A stretch of 64,000 nt of DNA from Eledone cirrhosa (GCA_964016885.1 OZ024740.1:330894001-330958000); one strand, 5' to 3'; shown: positions 12,956 to 27,426, numbered from the stretch's first letter. Notes: generated by a model from the sequence alone, not told the origin. Made by a program: numbers and translations.

Positions 12956-13553
12956 CCGTGTTCCCCTCTGTACATCTTATGCTATAGACTATGTTTCTAG
13001 TTTTACAGTTTATCCGGGAGTTTACTTACATATAATACATTTCCTATTAGTACAGTGGGTTTTCTTAAAATGGTAGGTTTTGCTGATCATGGATTTTATG
13101 GTGGCTCCTGGCTTTTCTACCACCTTAATCTTTAAGTGGGTCTTTCTTAGGGCCTTTCTACACTGGTTAGCTAATTTCCCTCCAGAGGTAGCGTCCACAA
13201 ACATGACACTCTTGTATCTCTGGTTGTCATACCATGAGGTGGCATTCCCTATCATATGTCAAGTCATATCTAAGGTATTCCATGATTTGCTCCTGTATAA
13301 TGGGCAAATTCCTTTCATGCCCAGTTCTATGAGGGTCTTATACTTCTCCGTGGCTGCTTCATATACTCTGATTCTGTCTCTTTGGTTGAAGCCAGAGAAA
13401 CGCATGCGGTTGATGAAGTGTTGGCTGTGTCTTTCCATTTCTGTTGGGTCGCACATGCGGGACACGTTCTTCATCACTCGTACCAAGTCTGCGATCAGAA
13501 TATTAAATTTAGCACTACTGGACATTGCTGAGCTTTTGAGTATCAGGTATTTG
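12956..13553 (-). mobile_element. Inverted 5' segment of Nematis-like PLE copy 1
   Basis: Reverse complement of ~13690-14280 (SSSAKFNILIADL...SVMFVDAT...CIICK). Confidence 0.9.
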
Positions 13554-15111
13554 GAGTATAACTGTAACTATCGACTACCCTTCCAAACACCATAACAATA
13601 GATTACCTGTATTAGACACGAAACTCTGGATTATCAATATAGACGAGAGAGCCCAAATTCTCCACTCACACTACGCTAAACCCATGGCCTCCAAATACCT
13701 GATACTCAAAATCTCAGCAATGTCCAGTAGTGCTAAGTTTAATATTCTGATGGCGGACTTGGTACGAGTGATGAAGAAAGTGTCTCGCATATGCGACCCA
13801 ACAGAAATGGAAAGACACATCCAACACTTCATCAACCGCATGCAGTTCTCTGGCTACAACCAAAGAGACAGAGTCAGAGTATACTAAGGAGCCATGGAGA
13901 AGTATAAGACCATCATAGAACTGGACATGAAAGGAATGTGTCCATTATACAGGAGCAAATCATGGAATAACTTAGATAGGACTAGACATAAGAAAGCCAC
14001 CTCATGGTATGACAACCAGAGATACCAGAGTGTCATGTTTGTGGACGCTACCGCTGCAGGGAAATTAGCTAACCAGTGTAGAAAGGCCCTGAGAAAGACC
14101 CACTTAAAAATTAATGTAGTAGAAAAGCCAGGAACCACCATAAAATCCCTGATCGGCAAAACCTACCCTTTTAAGAAAACCCACTGTACTAATAGGAAAT
14201 GTATTATATGTAAAGTAAATCCCCGGAAAAACTGTAAAACTAGAAACGTAGTCTATAGCATAAGATGTACAGAGGGTACTTGCAGAAACATGAAAACAAC
14301 ATACATAGGCGAGACAGCTCGTAGCATAGGTGAACGGATAGACTAACACTGGGGGGAACTAAAATGACGAAAAAACGGTTCAGTACTATACGTACATGGC
14401 AGACAACAAAACGACGGTAACATAGACAACATAGAAATTAGAATAATATCTAAACATAGATAAGCAGATAGGCAAATCAGAAAGGCCAGCGAAATAGAAC
14501 TTAGAAGGCCAAGGCTAAACAGAAAAAAATGAATGGAATGACAACGACACCCAAACAAAGAATACTGGCCTAAGGGAAGTATAAATAAATGAATAAATAC
14601 ATACACAAGCACAATAACAACAAACACATATAAACTCACACTAGTAAACTAAGATAGAATACAGTAACCAAGACACAGTCACCCAAACACGAACACACAT
14701 CAAACACTATACACACACGCAAACGCATGCGCAGAGAAGGCAAATAAATAAATAAATAAATAAATAAACAGACTAAATAAAGATGGCGTAGGCATACAAT
14801 ACAACAGGAGGAAACATAATAGCACCACTGACGATGTTGCACATGTGCAACGAAAGAACTTTGTTAGACTATATATATGTGTTTGTGTCTATATTGTATC
14901 TGTATTTTTGACCGTTGGTCAGTCAATAGTAACATTGAGAACCGACAAAATTAAAGTAACCGATATAAAAGACACAGAAGCGAGAACCAATCAAACAGTG
15001 AGTGCGTTCTGTTATTAATTCTGGCAATATCATTACACAAATATGACCCTCCCCAAGTATAACAATATTTTTTTCGACACACGATTTCGTATAAAAAACC
15101 TCGCAAAACTA
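13554..15111 (+). mobile_element. 5'-truncated Penelope-like element (Nematis-like): RT thumb, GIY-YIG and pLTR; pseudogenised
   Basis: LPVLDT..HYAKPMAS..SAMS; LYRSKSW; SVMFVDAT; VVYSIRC..YIGETARSIGER; LNRK.EW; internal stops; ends at (TA)n. Confidence 0.9.
14824..14865 (+). ncRNA. HHR-like motif in Nematis-like pLTR
   Basis: acca-CTGACGA-t(gttgcac at gtgcaac)-GAAA-gaactt-tgtt; stem I imperfect; homolog at 35992-36033 on the minus strand. Confidence 0.55.
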
Positions 15112-15133
15112 ATATATTTATATATATATATAT

Positions 15134-15239
<106 letters not shown>

Positions 15240-15315
15240 TATTATCAGGGTAAATATTGATGCAATTCAATTCAAGCACTCAACGTACTTTTTCCACATT
15301 GGAGTGACTGAGTAA

Positions 15316-16139
15316 ATATCGAATAAGGAAAAGCGAAGTAGTTTCAGATGTTCAAGTCCTTTAATAATAATGCTGTGATATATATTTCAATGGTGACACT
15401 GGCCACATCGACATGGGAACGGATAAAATGCGTGCTTTTGGGTTTATCACCCGTTCCCCTGTGAGTACCAATTTACCCCCACCGTTCTGCGCGTGCGCAT
15501 GTCCGAAGGAAGTTGACCATTAGCTACCGCAGATTTCAACGAAATTCGCTTAGTTAGTTCACCCTCTCAGTGACACAATGGCCCGTACCATAGTTTACTG
15601 CTACTCAACACGACTGTAGTAGTCAGTCGAAAGCCAGAGGGGGTGGGAGAGTTTTAGTTTTTACAGGTCATAATACTACCTCTCACCTAGCGTGGACAGT
15701 ACGACTGACCATCAACTCAAAGGGAAAATAAACTTAATTCTGGGTATCATGATTTTACATTGTGAGTTAAGAGTGAGAGTTGGAAATAAAAATTAAAGTC
15801 CCAAATCAAGTATCAGAAATTATAAATTAAACAATTACAAAATTAAAAAATTAACAATTAGTAATTAAAAGTTAGAAATATATATCACAGCATTATTATT
15901 AAAGGACGGTGGATTGGCAGTATCGGTAGAGGGTCGGACGCCATGCTTTCCAGCATAGTTACGTCCCTTTACGATCTGAGTTCAAATCCCGCCGCGGTTG
16001 ACTTTGCCTTTCATCCTTACGGGGTCGATAAAATAAAGTACCAGTAATGCACTGGGTTATTGCTGGCCTTGTGCCTAAAGTAAAAACAATTATTATTAAA
16101 GGACTTGAACATCTGAAACTACTTCGCTTTTCCTTATTC

Positions 16140-16140
<1 letters not shown>
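15316..16140. mobile_element. Element bounded by ~70-bp inverted repeats (fold-back pLTR or MITE), interrupted by a SINE
   Basis: 15321-15388 is the reverse complement of 15875-15907 plus 16105-16139. Confidence 0.6.
15908..16090 (+). mobile_element. Full-length tRNA-derived Meta-core SINE
   Basis: A box tggcagtatcgg, B box gagttcaaatccc, Meta core; 16-bp TSD attattattaaaggac (15892-15907 and 16089-16104). Confidence 0.92.
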
Positions 16141-16182
<42 letters not shown>

Positions 16183-16209
16183 CTATATGTATATATATAT
16201 ATAGACCAA

Positions 16210-16258
<49 letters not shown>

Positions 16259-16959
16259 CTATATGTATATATATATATATATAGACCAAAAAGAGCGCTC
16301 GATAAGGATTGGATATATATATATACATATATATATATATGTATAAGTATATATACATATATATATATGTATAAGTATATATATAACCTATAGAGAATAT
16401 ATATAAAGAGAGAGGCGGAGATACAGTGAGAAAGGGAGGGGGAGGGTGAGAGAGGAATGGTAGTTTTATTAGTGAAACCTAATGCTCTGTTGAGCTTGAC
16501 TGATGTAAATTCCTTCATGATTTCCGAATTCAAACATAAAATATTGTTATCTAGTGTGGCATTGAAAATAACATAAAACGTATATTGTAAAAGAATGTGA
16601 CCGAAATGTAGAAACAGCGAAATAATTAAAACAATTATTTTCAAATGCATCTAAATTCGGGTGTGGTTTAACAATTATCATTCCAGCGCTGCGTAATAGT
16701 TAATACATAACATGCAAATATGGAAAAATAAATTCTGCGCAATTTCAGGCTAGTGAAGTGATAAACAACCTTACATACCCTTTGTTTTCCGTTTGACGAT
16801 GATTAATATATTGTACATTTTAATAGCAGTAGTATTATATATGTTTAATGCATGTGTTAATTTCGATTGCTGTACATTATGTTATGCAGATCATCTCTTC
16901 GTGCTCATGATATTTTGTTGCTATATGTTTCAATAATTCTATTCATAATTTATATCTGA

Positions 16960-17270
16960 TTGATGATGGAGTTTTTTTCGATGTCGTCAAGAATTCCGCT
17001 TCCATCGAAGATGCTCACTACAGAAAATTCCAAAGTATTTTGATTATATCATATCAAACAAAAGCTTTGGTTACCAGCTATAGCTGCCGTGAACTTGAAG
17101 TAGCTTCATACTCTAAAAAATCAAGTCATTATTGTGGAGGACACATATAAAGAGATGATAAAAACCCTACTAAAATGTGTTCAGAATGATGAATATGCGT
17201 CGATGTTGCCTAGGCTACAGAGCCATGGATGAAACAATGGGTTCTATACGATAATAGTGTGTTCTTCAAT
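16960..17270 (+). pseudogene. Highly decayed mariner transposase remnant
   Basis: Fragments SIEDAHYRK (resembles SLED..RSGRP), SCRELEVA (resembles TTRELA) and frameshifted DE./WVLYDN, in the expected order. Confidence 0.4.
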
Positions 17271-17501
17271 CATAATTCAGAATGAATTGGTAAAAGACAC
17301 AATTTGAAATACATAAAGATAGATATTTTAAATATAAAGCCTGAAAATAGAAATAGATTTAAAATTGAAATATTTATATATTTTCCTCAGTTCAGAATGT
17401 GTAACCTGGCCACTGAAATGTACATAGTGTTTGCACAAATAAAATAGGTTAAGAAATTTCACCTCTCCGGCCTCCTGTAATTTTACTCGATGATGTTACA
17501 T

Positions 17502-17573
<72 letters not shown>

Positions 17574-18051
17574 ATAATAATAAATGTGAAGACTAAAATC
17601 CAAAGAAGGCTCGATAAGGATAAATATATATCAGATATATAAGAACCGTAGAGCAAATATTTATTAAAATAACAGGTTATAATTTCCCGATAACAGAATG
17701 GTTGTGACAATTACTGGCGAAGCCAACAAATACCCGTTACTATTACCTTGAGAAACTTATCCAAGACCATGTGTAGTTATATAGATATAAAAGGAATAGG
17801 AATAGCGGTAATGAAAGCAATGGCCTATTGAGATATGTTCAGGCCAAAAAGAACTAATGCGTACTATCATCTTTGGATAAAAGGCGTAATTAACATCATA
17901 TTATTTACACATACCTCCAGTCGCCATCCATGCTATAAAATGACAAGCTGTAAAAGCATATACATGTTAAAGCATAAGTGGAAGGATATAGGAATGCCAA
18001 CCGGAATGATACAAATGACTCTTCGTTTAGCCCAGAGTTGAGGAGAACTAA

Positions 18052-18103
18052 AATAATTGTTTCTACTTTAGGCACAAGGCCAGCAATTACCCAGTGCATT
18101 ACT
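18052..18103 (-). mobile_element. SINE 3' fragment
   Basis: Reverse complement of the SINE tail ctggccttgtgcctaaagtagaaacaatt. Confidence 0.8.
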
Positions 18104-18271
18104 GAATAATAAATATCAAGTATTGTTTCTGATATATGACAACTAGGGCAAATAAATTCATTGTATAGATTGGTAAGCCAGTTAAGACAGCACATTGAAT
18201 ATAATTTACAGATTATCATTCTTACAGAGCGATATCATTCATACACAGCTAGTGCTCTACTCACACATGCA

Positions 18272-18361
<90 letters not shown>

Positions 18362-18607
18362 CCACACCTTGAGGTGCCACATTTTTTCAATTTCAATAAG
18401 CAGCTATTTATATTTCCTTAGCTTGTCCAATTCTTTTGCCGCGATATTGTGATCACATCGGATGCTCATATCAATCAGTAAACAGATGTTGCTATGTTGG
18501 TCTTTTACAATGATATCTGGTCTATTTACTTTTATGGTCGGGTCAGTATGTACTGGAAAGTCCAAAAGAATTGTTACTTTTTCCCCTTCAGTTACTGCCT
18601 CAAGATG

Positions 18608-18715
<108 letters not shown>

Positions 18716-18769
18716 AACATAAATAACTTGTCTTATTTTATGTTTGCGCTATTTGGGGTTTAATATGGT

Positions 18770-19460
18770 GTGATATATGGTTAACTGTTTGGTTTAAGGC
18801 GATTAATTGTGAAAACGTTGTACTGAAAATCAGAATCATTTTATTTGCTTTAGGTTACTTTAGGTTTTTGTATTCGTTTATGTTTATTTCAATGTAGGAT
18901 GGTGTTACGAGAGACCTAATTTCATATATTATATTATTATGTATCTTAAGCTGTGTTGACTAACACCGTCGTCGTAATGACACTATTGATATGATTATTG
19001 AGTGTATTGTTTACTGCACTTTAAATTTAGGTCTAATTTAGATGTATTATTGTTTGCATATGGAAGATATAATATATTACTTGCAATAACGTTCGCATTT
19101 TGTCTATTGTGTTTTGGGTTAATGCAGCTGATATATAATATTTAACGAATTATGCTTGACTAGGTAATTAGTTGATGTCGAATAAGCTAAAGCATATAAT
19201 ATTGTTTCATTATTTATTCATTTACGTATGGATGGTAGGCGTGTTAGTGGCTTAATATTTGCTCAATGATGCGAAGTCTACCAAAGAACTATATACATTT
19301 TTATATTCTTGATCGATGGTGGGCTTTAGTATGTATGGACGACAAAATTCGACCGTTGTTATTGTTAAGTGCTGTGTCCTGTGGCTGGGAAATTATAGTT
19401 GTGTAGTGGGACATATGGTATATTTGTGTCGTATAATTCAGCTGTTAGTTGGGCTCGTAA
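18770..19460 (-). pseudogene. Very decayed PLE reverse-transcriptase remnant
   Basis: Frameshifted traces NNNGRIL, VDF and IKPLTRLPS resemble PLE RT GRPIVS...FVD...PL..LPSY. Confidence 0.3.
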
Positions 19461-19461
19461 G

Positions 19462-19506
<45 letters not shown>

Positions 19507-19775
19507 GAAATTAAACATAATTAATAAAACCAACGCCACATTACAAAAAAGAAATACGTGAGTTTAACGCTTCATATACGAGGAAAACTATTTTATCTTT
19601 CTGACACAAGTCCTTCATAAGCAGATATAATGAGAAATAAGGCAGAATTAATATATAAAGAGTGAGACGTGGATGGAAAGTATACGGATTGTGAAAAAAT
19701 TCAATGTGTTTATTCAGTGAACCATTTTGGGTATATATATATATATATATAAATATATATATATTACGTTTTGTA

Positions 19776-20474
19776 AGCCTCAACAATGCAGATGGGTAAA
19801 TTTCCGGGTAACAGAATCCGGTGGTGAAGAGAGAGATGTAAGGGAATGTAGAATGAGATGTATAGTGTGTAGAGGACCGTAGGAAAGAGGGTAAAAAATA
19901 AAAATAATAACACGAGATAGAGTTACCTTGGGAGAAATTTAATTGTCCCTATATTTCCGATTCGCATCCATCAACTGGGGGGAGGAGGGTTTCCGGAGGC
20001 GAAAGTTATCAGTCGAAGAGGAACGGTACGTGGCCTCTGCTGTCTGCTGTTTGTGTGTAACTGAGGTATTCTGTAGAGCGCACGTGTGCGCGGAGTAGGT
20101 GCGGTCAAGCAGAGGTCGAAGCAGTTCTTTTTATTGTGGGAGTGGGGTGGCGTTAGCTGTCAATCCATTGTACTACTTATATGTACTGTGTTTTGGTACT
20201 AGCAGTGTAGTATAGTAGTATAGTAGTGGTCTGCCTGGTGTCTTGTTGTTCTGTGGATTGTGGGGGCGCTAAACACACAATAACAATCGTTCGAATGCCA
20301 CTGTGTGTGTGCGTGTGTTGTCTCTTTTGTTTACACCAGCCACCTCGCCTCGCTTCTCTCGGATCGGTTATTTATTTGTGGTCCTAGGCGTTTGATCCAA
20401 AGTGCTTCCTTGATTCGTAACGTGCCGACGTTGCGTTCTGTCGCTAGCACTGTGAAAATGGGTCTTTCGTCTTT
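19776..20474 (-). mobile_element. Inverted pLTR copy at the 5' end of the PLE
   Basis: Diverged reverse complement of 22757-23461. Confidence 0.9.
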
Positions 20475-23461
20475 ACCAGGATGCCTACGTACACCAGCTT
20501 TTCAAAACAGCACTAGCCGCATACACCGCTCGTGTATCAACCAGATCCTGCAACATCTCAACCGCCAATTACACATCCATAAGCGGACACATCGATTAAC
20601 AATAACACACGGCAACTTGCTCCTTAAATCACAAAGCAATCGACCAGTACTACCACTCCATAGTCCAACACGAAAAAAACTGTTGAACCGGATTTATGAG
20701 TGGATCTTGCTTAAACTTCACAACGAAACCACCGACATTAACAAACAGACAGACCAGAACCACGTGAAAAACAGCAACACAATAACCGCCGCCGCCACGT
20801 CCCCCAACACCGAGCCACACCTCAACGATGCGATGCACCTGGTCATCGACCTAACCGGCACCCTCTCGAACGACGAGCTGGAATTCCTACTCCTCGGACC
20901 CAAGTTCATCGTTTCACAGCGGCTCGACGACAGACTCAAACTCGACATCGAAGCCAACTTCTGTCGAACCGCCTACCAATTTAAATGGGTGACTGCCATC
21001 AACAGCGCCACAGAAAATAACACCGCCTACACAACCCACCCCAAGTTCCCCACTTACCACCTCGACAACCCACTCTACCCCCACCTACCAACCTCGAACT
21101 CGACACTAAACTCATCAGGTTAAAACACGCCATCTCTGATATCCTACACAAACACACACACGCACAACACACAACCTCACTAAATCTCAACTCACCACTC
21201 TCTCCAACCTGAAATCGAAGAACCTCATCTAGCTCCCCTCCGACAAGGGAAAATAATTATGCATCATCAGCAGAGAGGCCTACAATACCCTGGCCCTACA
21301 ACACCTTGACGATGACAAGCTCTACTCCAAAGTCACAGGAATCACTCCCGTACAAATCGAGGAACACATCAACGCCGCCTGGACCAACACCTGTGACCGG
21401 CGGACGCCTCCGAAGAAGCTCAGATACAAACTCCTCACGAGGAACAGCAGACTACCCGCCTTCTACCACCTTGTGAAAACACACAAACAAGGACCCGACC
21501 TGAAGATCAGACCTATTGTATCGATCGTGGAAGGACCACTCTACAAAATTTCATGGCTCCTAGCCAGAATACTCAAATCCATACCAGACACCTTGCTAGG
21601 ACACGTAAACAGCTCCGAGGAAGTGTTGGAGCGCCTACATCAAATGGATCCCGACACCAGAAAGGCTAACAGATATGCCTTCAGCCTTGATGTGGTCGTT
21701 CTTTACACCTCGGTTACGGCGCTTCCGGCCGATTATATACTGATGGAACGCGTTCAATCTATCGACCTACACTGCTTCGGGCTCACCCCCACTGACATCC
21801 ACCAGCTCCTATCCATCGTCGTTGACAACATGTATTTCGGTTTTCTCGACCAAACATACTGGCAAACCACGGGGCTGCCCGTGGGCTCAAGGCTGTCGGG
21901 TGTGCTAACGATCTCATACATGGACAGCCTCGAGCGCAAGGCACTCAACACCTGCCCCCCCCCCAACGCCGTCGCCTTTTTCTCAAGGTACGTGGACGAC
22001 ATCCTCATCCTCACACCTTCCCAGGAGTTGGCGAACGGAATTTATGTGACGTTCAACAACAGCGACGAGAATCTTGATTTCAGTGTTGAACACCCCAACG
22101 TCGATGGGTCCCTTACCCTCCTCGACTTTCGAATCAACATCACGGAGCAGGGAGGGATCCACACCCACTTCTACGGCAAGGCAGCCTGCAGGGACTTGTT
22201 CGTCCACTACAATTCTGCCCTCCCTAACAGTGCTAAAAGAGGGTACATCACGAACGAGATCACGCGAATTAAAAATAGATGCAGCGATCATGTGAGTGGT
22301 GCCACCCACACCAAACGATTCCTTAGAGTGTTGGAGACGAATGGATACCCAGCCTCGCTCACAAATAGAGTAAGTGACACCAGATGCAAGAGGCAGAGAA
22401 ACACCCAAGGCAAGTGTTTGCTTAAAATACCACAACTGGGCGAGAAAACTACCATCGCTATCCGCAGGGCTATACGGAGAGAGGGCCTCGACATCTACCT
22501 GGCCCATTTGGGCCCCTCCCTGCGGAGATGGCTCTCCAGGAAACCCGGGAAATCGACTGACGCGTGTTCCCTCAGAAACTGTCCGATGCGCCATACGGAT
22601 TGTTGCTTACGCACATACGTTGTATACAAGGTAGAATATGACAAGTACAACCACTACTATATCGGTATCACAATCCGGCTGCTACGTATCCGGATCAAGG
22701 AGTACATCACCACCAGGATCTCGTCTTTCCGGAAACAAATAACCAAATGCGGAAACAAAGACGGAAGGCCTATTGTCACAGTGCTAGCGGCAGAACGCAA
22801 CGTCGGCACGTTTCGAATCAAGGAAGCACTTTGGATCAAACGCCTAGGACCACAAATAAATAACCGATCCGAGAGAAGCGAGGCGACGTGGCTGGTGTAA
22901 ACAAACGAGACAACACACGCACACGGTGGCATTCGAAGGATTGTTATTGTGTGTTTAGCGCCCCCACCACTCACCAACCAACAAGCGACAAGGCAGACTA
23001 CTACTATACTACTATACTACTATACTACTATACTACACTGCAAGTCCTAAAAACCAGTGCATATAAGTAGTACAATGGATTGACAGCTAACGCCATCGCA
23101 CTCCCACAATAAAAAGAACCGCCTCGACCTTTGCTTGACCGCACCTACTCCGCGCGCACGTGCGCTCTACAGAATACCTCAGTTACACACAAACAGCGGA
23201 CAGCAGAGGCCACGTAACATTCCTCTCCGACTGATAATCCCCCCCCCCCCCGGAAAACGCCCCTAGTTAAGGGATGCGAATTTGAAATATAGTGACACTT
23301 AAATTTCTCCCAAGGCAACTCTATCTCGTGTTATTATTTTTATGTTTACGCTCTTTCCAACGTTCCTCTACACACCATACATCTCATTCTACATTCCCTT
23401 ACATCTCTCTCTTCACCGGATTCTGTTACCCATAGATTTACCCATCTGCATTGTTGAGGCT
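20475..23461 (+). mobile_element. Near-complete Penelope-like element (Poseidon/Perere-like), pseudogenised
   Basis: LLLGPKF N-terminal region, RT and GIY-YIG, 3' pLTR; frameshift and stops near 21120-21240. Confidence 0.92.
21473..22900 (+). CDS. PLE RT plus GIY-YIG endonuclease (C-terminal part of disrupted ORF)
   Basis: KTHK..IRPIVS, SLDVVVLYTSV, QTTGLPVGSRLS, RYVDD, LLDF, VVYKVE..YIGITIRLLRIRIKE, EALWIKRLGPQIN. Confidence 0.85.
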   Translation: MKTHKQGPDLKIRPIVSIVEGPLYKISWLLARILKSIPDTLLGHVNSSEEVLERLHQMDPDTRKANRYAFSLDVVVLYTSVTALPADYILMERVQSIDLHCFGLTPTDIHQLLSIVVDNMYFGFLDQTYWQTTGLPVGSRLSGVLTISYMDSLERKALNTCPPPNAVAFFSRYVDDILILTPSQELANGIYVTFNNSDENLDFSVEHPNVDGSLTLLDFRINITEQGGIHTHFYGKAACRDLFVHYNSALPNSAKRGYITNEITRIKNRCSDHVSGATHTKRFLRVLETNGYPASLTNRVSDTRCKRQRNTQGKCLLKIPQLGEKTTIAIRRAIRREGLDIYLAHLGPSLRRWLSRKPGKSTDACSLRNCPMRHTDCCLRTYVVYKVEYDKYNHYYIGITIRLLRIRIKEYITTRISSFRKQITKCGNKDGRPIVTVLAAERNVGTFRIKEALWIKRLGPQINNRSERSEATWLV

Positions 23462-24729
23462 CCCAAAATGACCAAAAAATAAAATCATATTATTCCACAA
23501 TGCTTCAACAAATTTTATTACTCTCATATATATATATATACATCGTTTGCGATTTAGTGAATATTGTACATTTGATGCACAGAGAGTGTGTATATAATAA
23601 AGTATATGCAATTTCGCTTGATGAAGTGTTAGTATTGGTAATATTTTCATTGGGGGAAGGATAGTAGAAGATTATTTTCATCTCATTTTAACTTACGTTC
23701 TCGTGGGGGATATAGTATTTTGTCTGCATTCATATTTGTTTTTCTCAAAGTTCTGTAATTTTCTTTTCTATGTGTATTAGAAATGAATGGATTAAGATTA
23801 GTTAATTGTGTGCGTAGCTGCATTTGCTTTGGTAGCTCTTGCTTCGTTTATGTTTGTTGTTCTATTAGAAGTATTTCGAGTAATGATATGCCGACATTAC
23901 ATTCGCGCTTATGAAGTTTGTTGTAACAGCGGATCTTGGGTGTTTACTCCTCAGTCATTCGTATGACATGACCATCCCATCTTTGTTGGATTTGCATAAA
24001 AAATGAATCAATCAAACCCATGTTGCATCTCGCGAACAGATCGGCCTAACTACACAGAGGATGAATAAAATGTTTGTAGTAAAGACTTTTACAAATGTGG
24101 GTGAGATGTCCATGACTCCAAACAATATAAACGTGTTGTCAGAACCACTGTGTGATAAACTGCAACTTTTGTCTTCAGGGATATGATGCTGACACACCAT
24201 AAACGACGATGTTGTTTGACAAATGTGTGAGTCGTTTGGGGACGCTATTGACGATCCAATTGTGCAGATGGCTTCACCTTGCCGCCAAATTACGTAGAGT
24301 TGATATAATTCTGATCCCTGTCATTAATAATAATGGAAACATGGGGATGCCCGAGCCACGATTGTTCCTGCTTGATATCCTCTGTTTTTCTTGAGGGGTG
24401 TTTGGCTTTGCATGATGTATCAACTTAGCTTTCTTAAAGGTGATTGTTAAAACAAGCGCCTTAAAGGCAAGCGAAAAGCTGTTCATCATTTATTTTAGCT
24501 ACTGAAAAGATGTTGCCACGTGTGCGGTAGGACAAGCAAACAGTAAATAATAACTCATAAATAAAATTTGATCATGAATCGCTGAAGTACAGAATTCATA
24601 TCTGAATGTTTGTTACGCTAAACTGCCTCAGTTGCAGATTGCGTATCAACATGAAATATTTTTCTCCACAAAGTTCAATCACCAGCAGCAGAGTTTAAAT
24701 AGCAAAGATCAAGTCCAGTCCATAAGTTG

Positions 24730-25080
24730 ACATTATCAAGCCGTCATTTTGGGTGCCGACCTCTGCTTCTTTTACCAGCCAACCTTCCTTCTAGGCATAA
24801 TCTACTCGCGCGGCGAGTTGATATTTTTATATGCCCGTATAGTTTGAGTACTCTTGACTTGACAATTGATGTAATTGGTCTAACTCTTGTAATGTTGAGC
24901 AGCTCACTGATACAGATACTGTCGCTGAGACGCTTGCCAGTCATAAATCTCATGATGTGGTTCTGGAATGTAGAGAGCTTCAGACCATGTCGTCCAATTA
25001 ACAGAGTCAAGACCATATATCACAACTGGTAGGATGTAAATATCAAAGATCTTAGCCTTCAAATGATAGGAAATCTGAAG
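24730..25080 (-). mobile_element. Nested RTE-X-like 3' fragment
   Basis: KLSTFQNHIMRFMTG...LKLYGHI...LEGRLAGKRSRGRHPK. Confidence 0.7.
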
Positions 25081-25930
25081 CCGGTATCTAAGTCGTCAAA
25101 TGTATACTGGACCATTAGAAAGCAACGAAATTTCTCACAGATATATAATTTATTTGTGTTCTTGAAGAGGCATCACTGATGGTTTAAAGGATATCCTCGA
25201 CTTTCTAGAATTTATTGTAGAAGATTATCAACCAGATTTTTGACCATCATATTTGAAAATTTCATGCGGGATGCCAGCTATACCAATAATCCGCTTGGAT
25301 GACTCTTGCTTGAAAGGGGCTGGAATTATTTAAAGCTTGGATTAAATGATAATTTGGGTATTTCTGGCCGTTTTGGATAAATGGTATTATATCTTATACG
25401 TTTAACTCAGCATTTATGACCTTTTTAAAGTGTTCCTTACATTAACAGATTATTTCAGATGTGTCTGTGATTACTGTTGTAACATCAGAGGATATAAATG
25501 CCTGTTGGACATCAGATTAGCTCTTATTAAACCAATCTTGCTGTTTTTTCGTAGGAATTCCAATCATTTCTACGAAGGCTGCTAGGGTTGGCATGTTAAT
25601 CGATTTCCAGAAAGCTTCAATGTCATGAAACTTAGAGTCAGGTTCGAGGGATGAGTCAGCTGTGCAGAAGGTTCAAGCAGTGGGTCTGAAAGCCTAAACA
25701 TTAAACTTTGGTGATTAGGTGACCTTTGAAAACAACTTTTGTTGGGAAGATTGAATGTAATCTTATTGCGCACGAGCGCATGATACGGGGAATAACAAGT
25801 AGACTGAAAAGAACGCATGATTTAGAAATCATTTAATTTTGTCGCGCCAGCGTTTCATGACATAGTCAGTCATGTGCAAATCCTTGGATCAATTATGCAT
25901 TGATATTGCTCTACGTGTTGCAGATTAATA

Positions 25931-26114
25931 ATTGTTTCTACTTTTAGCACAAGGCCAGCAATTACCCAGTACAGTACTGGTTCTTTAGTTTATCGACCCC
26001 GTGAGGATGAAAGGCAAAGTTAACCTCGGCGGGATTTGAACTCAGATTGTAAAGGTACGTAGCTACGCTGGCAAGCAAGTCCGACCCTCTACCGATACTG
26101 CTAATTCACCGCCC
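25931..26114 (-). mobile_element. Full-length Meta-core SINE
   Basis: Reverse complement of the SINE; TSD ttgcRgattaata (25918-25930 and 26115-26127). Confidence 0.92.
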
Positions 26115-27294
26115 TTGCGGATTAATATTAACAAGCTATTAGTGTTGCTAAGATCAAATTTCTTGAAAGGTTAATGCAGTCTATGTCCAATTGAGACATA
26201 GCTCCGACTATATTAAACCCAAGGGCGTTATGCGTTGATTGGTAGCCATTTCCCACTCTTGTATTGACATCTCACATTATGATCATTTTATTCTGGTATA
26301 GAACAGTGGATACCACTTTGTAAAATGATGTTAGCGATTTAGCAATACCTGTTATAATGATAAAACCAACACAAAATTGGTGGTGGTATTCACATTTTCC
26401 GGACCAGAAGAGTGTGTACCCTTCTACTATTTCTTCCCTGTGGGCCGTGCCGGGGAGTCCTATTCACATATGACAATATGACACAGGGATCAATATTATA
26501 ACTATAGAGTATACTGCAGTTGCGGGCCAATCTTCGTTCTAGACGTGATGCGCTGTCATGGAGTGTTTTAACATTCCAGGAAATAAACGTTAAATGTTTT
26601 GTTTCGTTTCAACCGCATATTTGTCAGGTTAAATGATTAAGCAAGCTTTTGGTTTTGTCACAATCAGAGTATATGTCCAGCACAAATTGCTCGTCTTCAA
26701 TGCATGAATTGCCACCAAAGGACGGTCACCAATGTGGATTTCTTGTAATATCACATCGCATTTTTTCTCTCATAAGGTGCTTGTCTAAGGTGGGCGTATA
26801 AAATAAACAGAACTGGTAGAGCTGTTGAGCTACACACGCTCTGAATTTTTTATAGGGAAGAAGACTTGTGCTGAACAAGCCACACATTATATATACATAT
26901 AGTTATGTGTATGAGGGTTTGTGAATGTATATATGCGTGTGTGTATGTAATTGTGTGTGTGTGATTATTTGTGTGTATATTTGAGCGCGTAGTTATTTGA
27001 GAGTGATTTCATTACGAATATGTATATTCATACATTCGGCGCCTCTATAAGTTACGCATCTTATTACATTATTTCATATTCAAGATATACCCATTTACAG
27101 ATTCTTTTAATTTCAAATACATTTATATAATTATTGTAAACGTTTATGCTTTTATCTATATATCCATGTATGCAGATATCCATATATCTGTATATAACAC
27201 AAGTTTTGTTATTTAATTCATCAAGCATTTGTTTGCAAACTAGTCTATATACACAGCACATACATATATAACTATATATAAATATATATATATA

Positions 27295-27426
27295 GGTATG
27301 TTATTCCTGGTTGAATCGGAGGTAACCACAGTAAGTAAGGTACTCAATACATAGCCGAGTATAAAAGTTTTAATATAGAAGAGATTCTACAGGACTAGGA
27401 CTGTTTCATTCTTTAAAAATCATCAG

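Larger units (their letters stand above)
23850..26430 (-). mobile_element. Decayed RTE (RTE-1/BovB-like) LINE
   Basis: APE motif GYTLFWSGK..CVGFII (~26400), GIPHEIFKYDG (~25260), LTITFKKAK (~24440) and QRWDGHVIRM (~23980), in collinear order. Confidence 0.7.
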
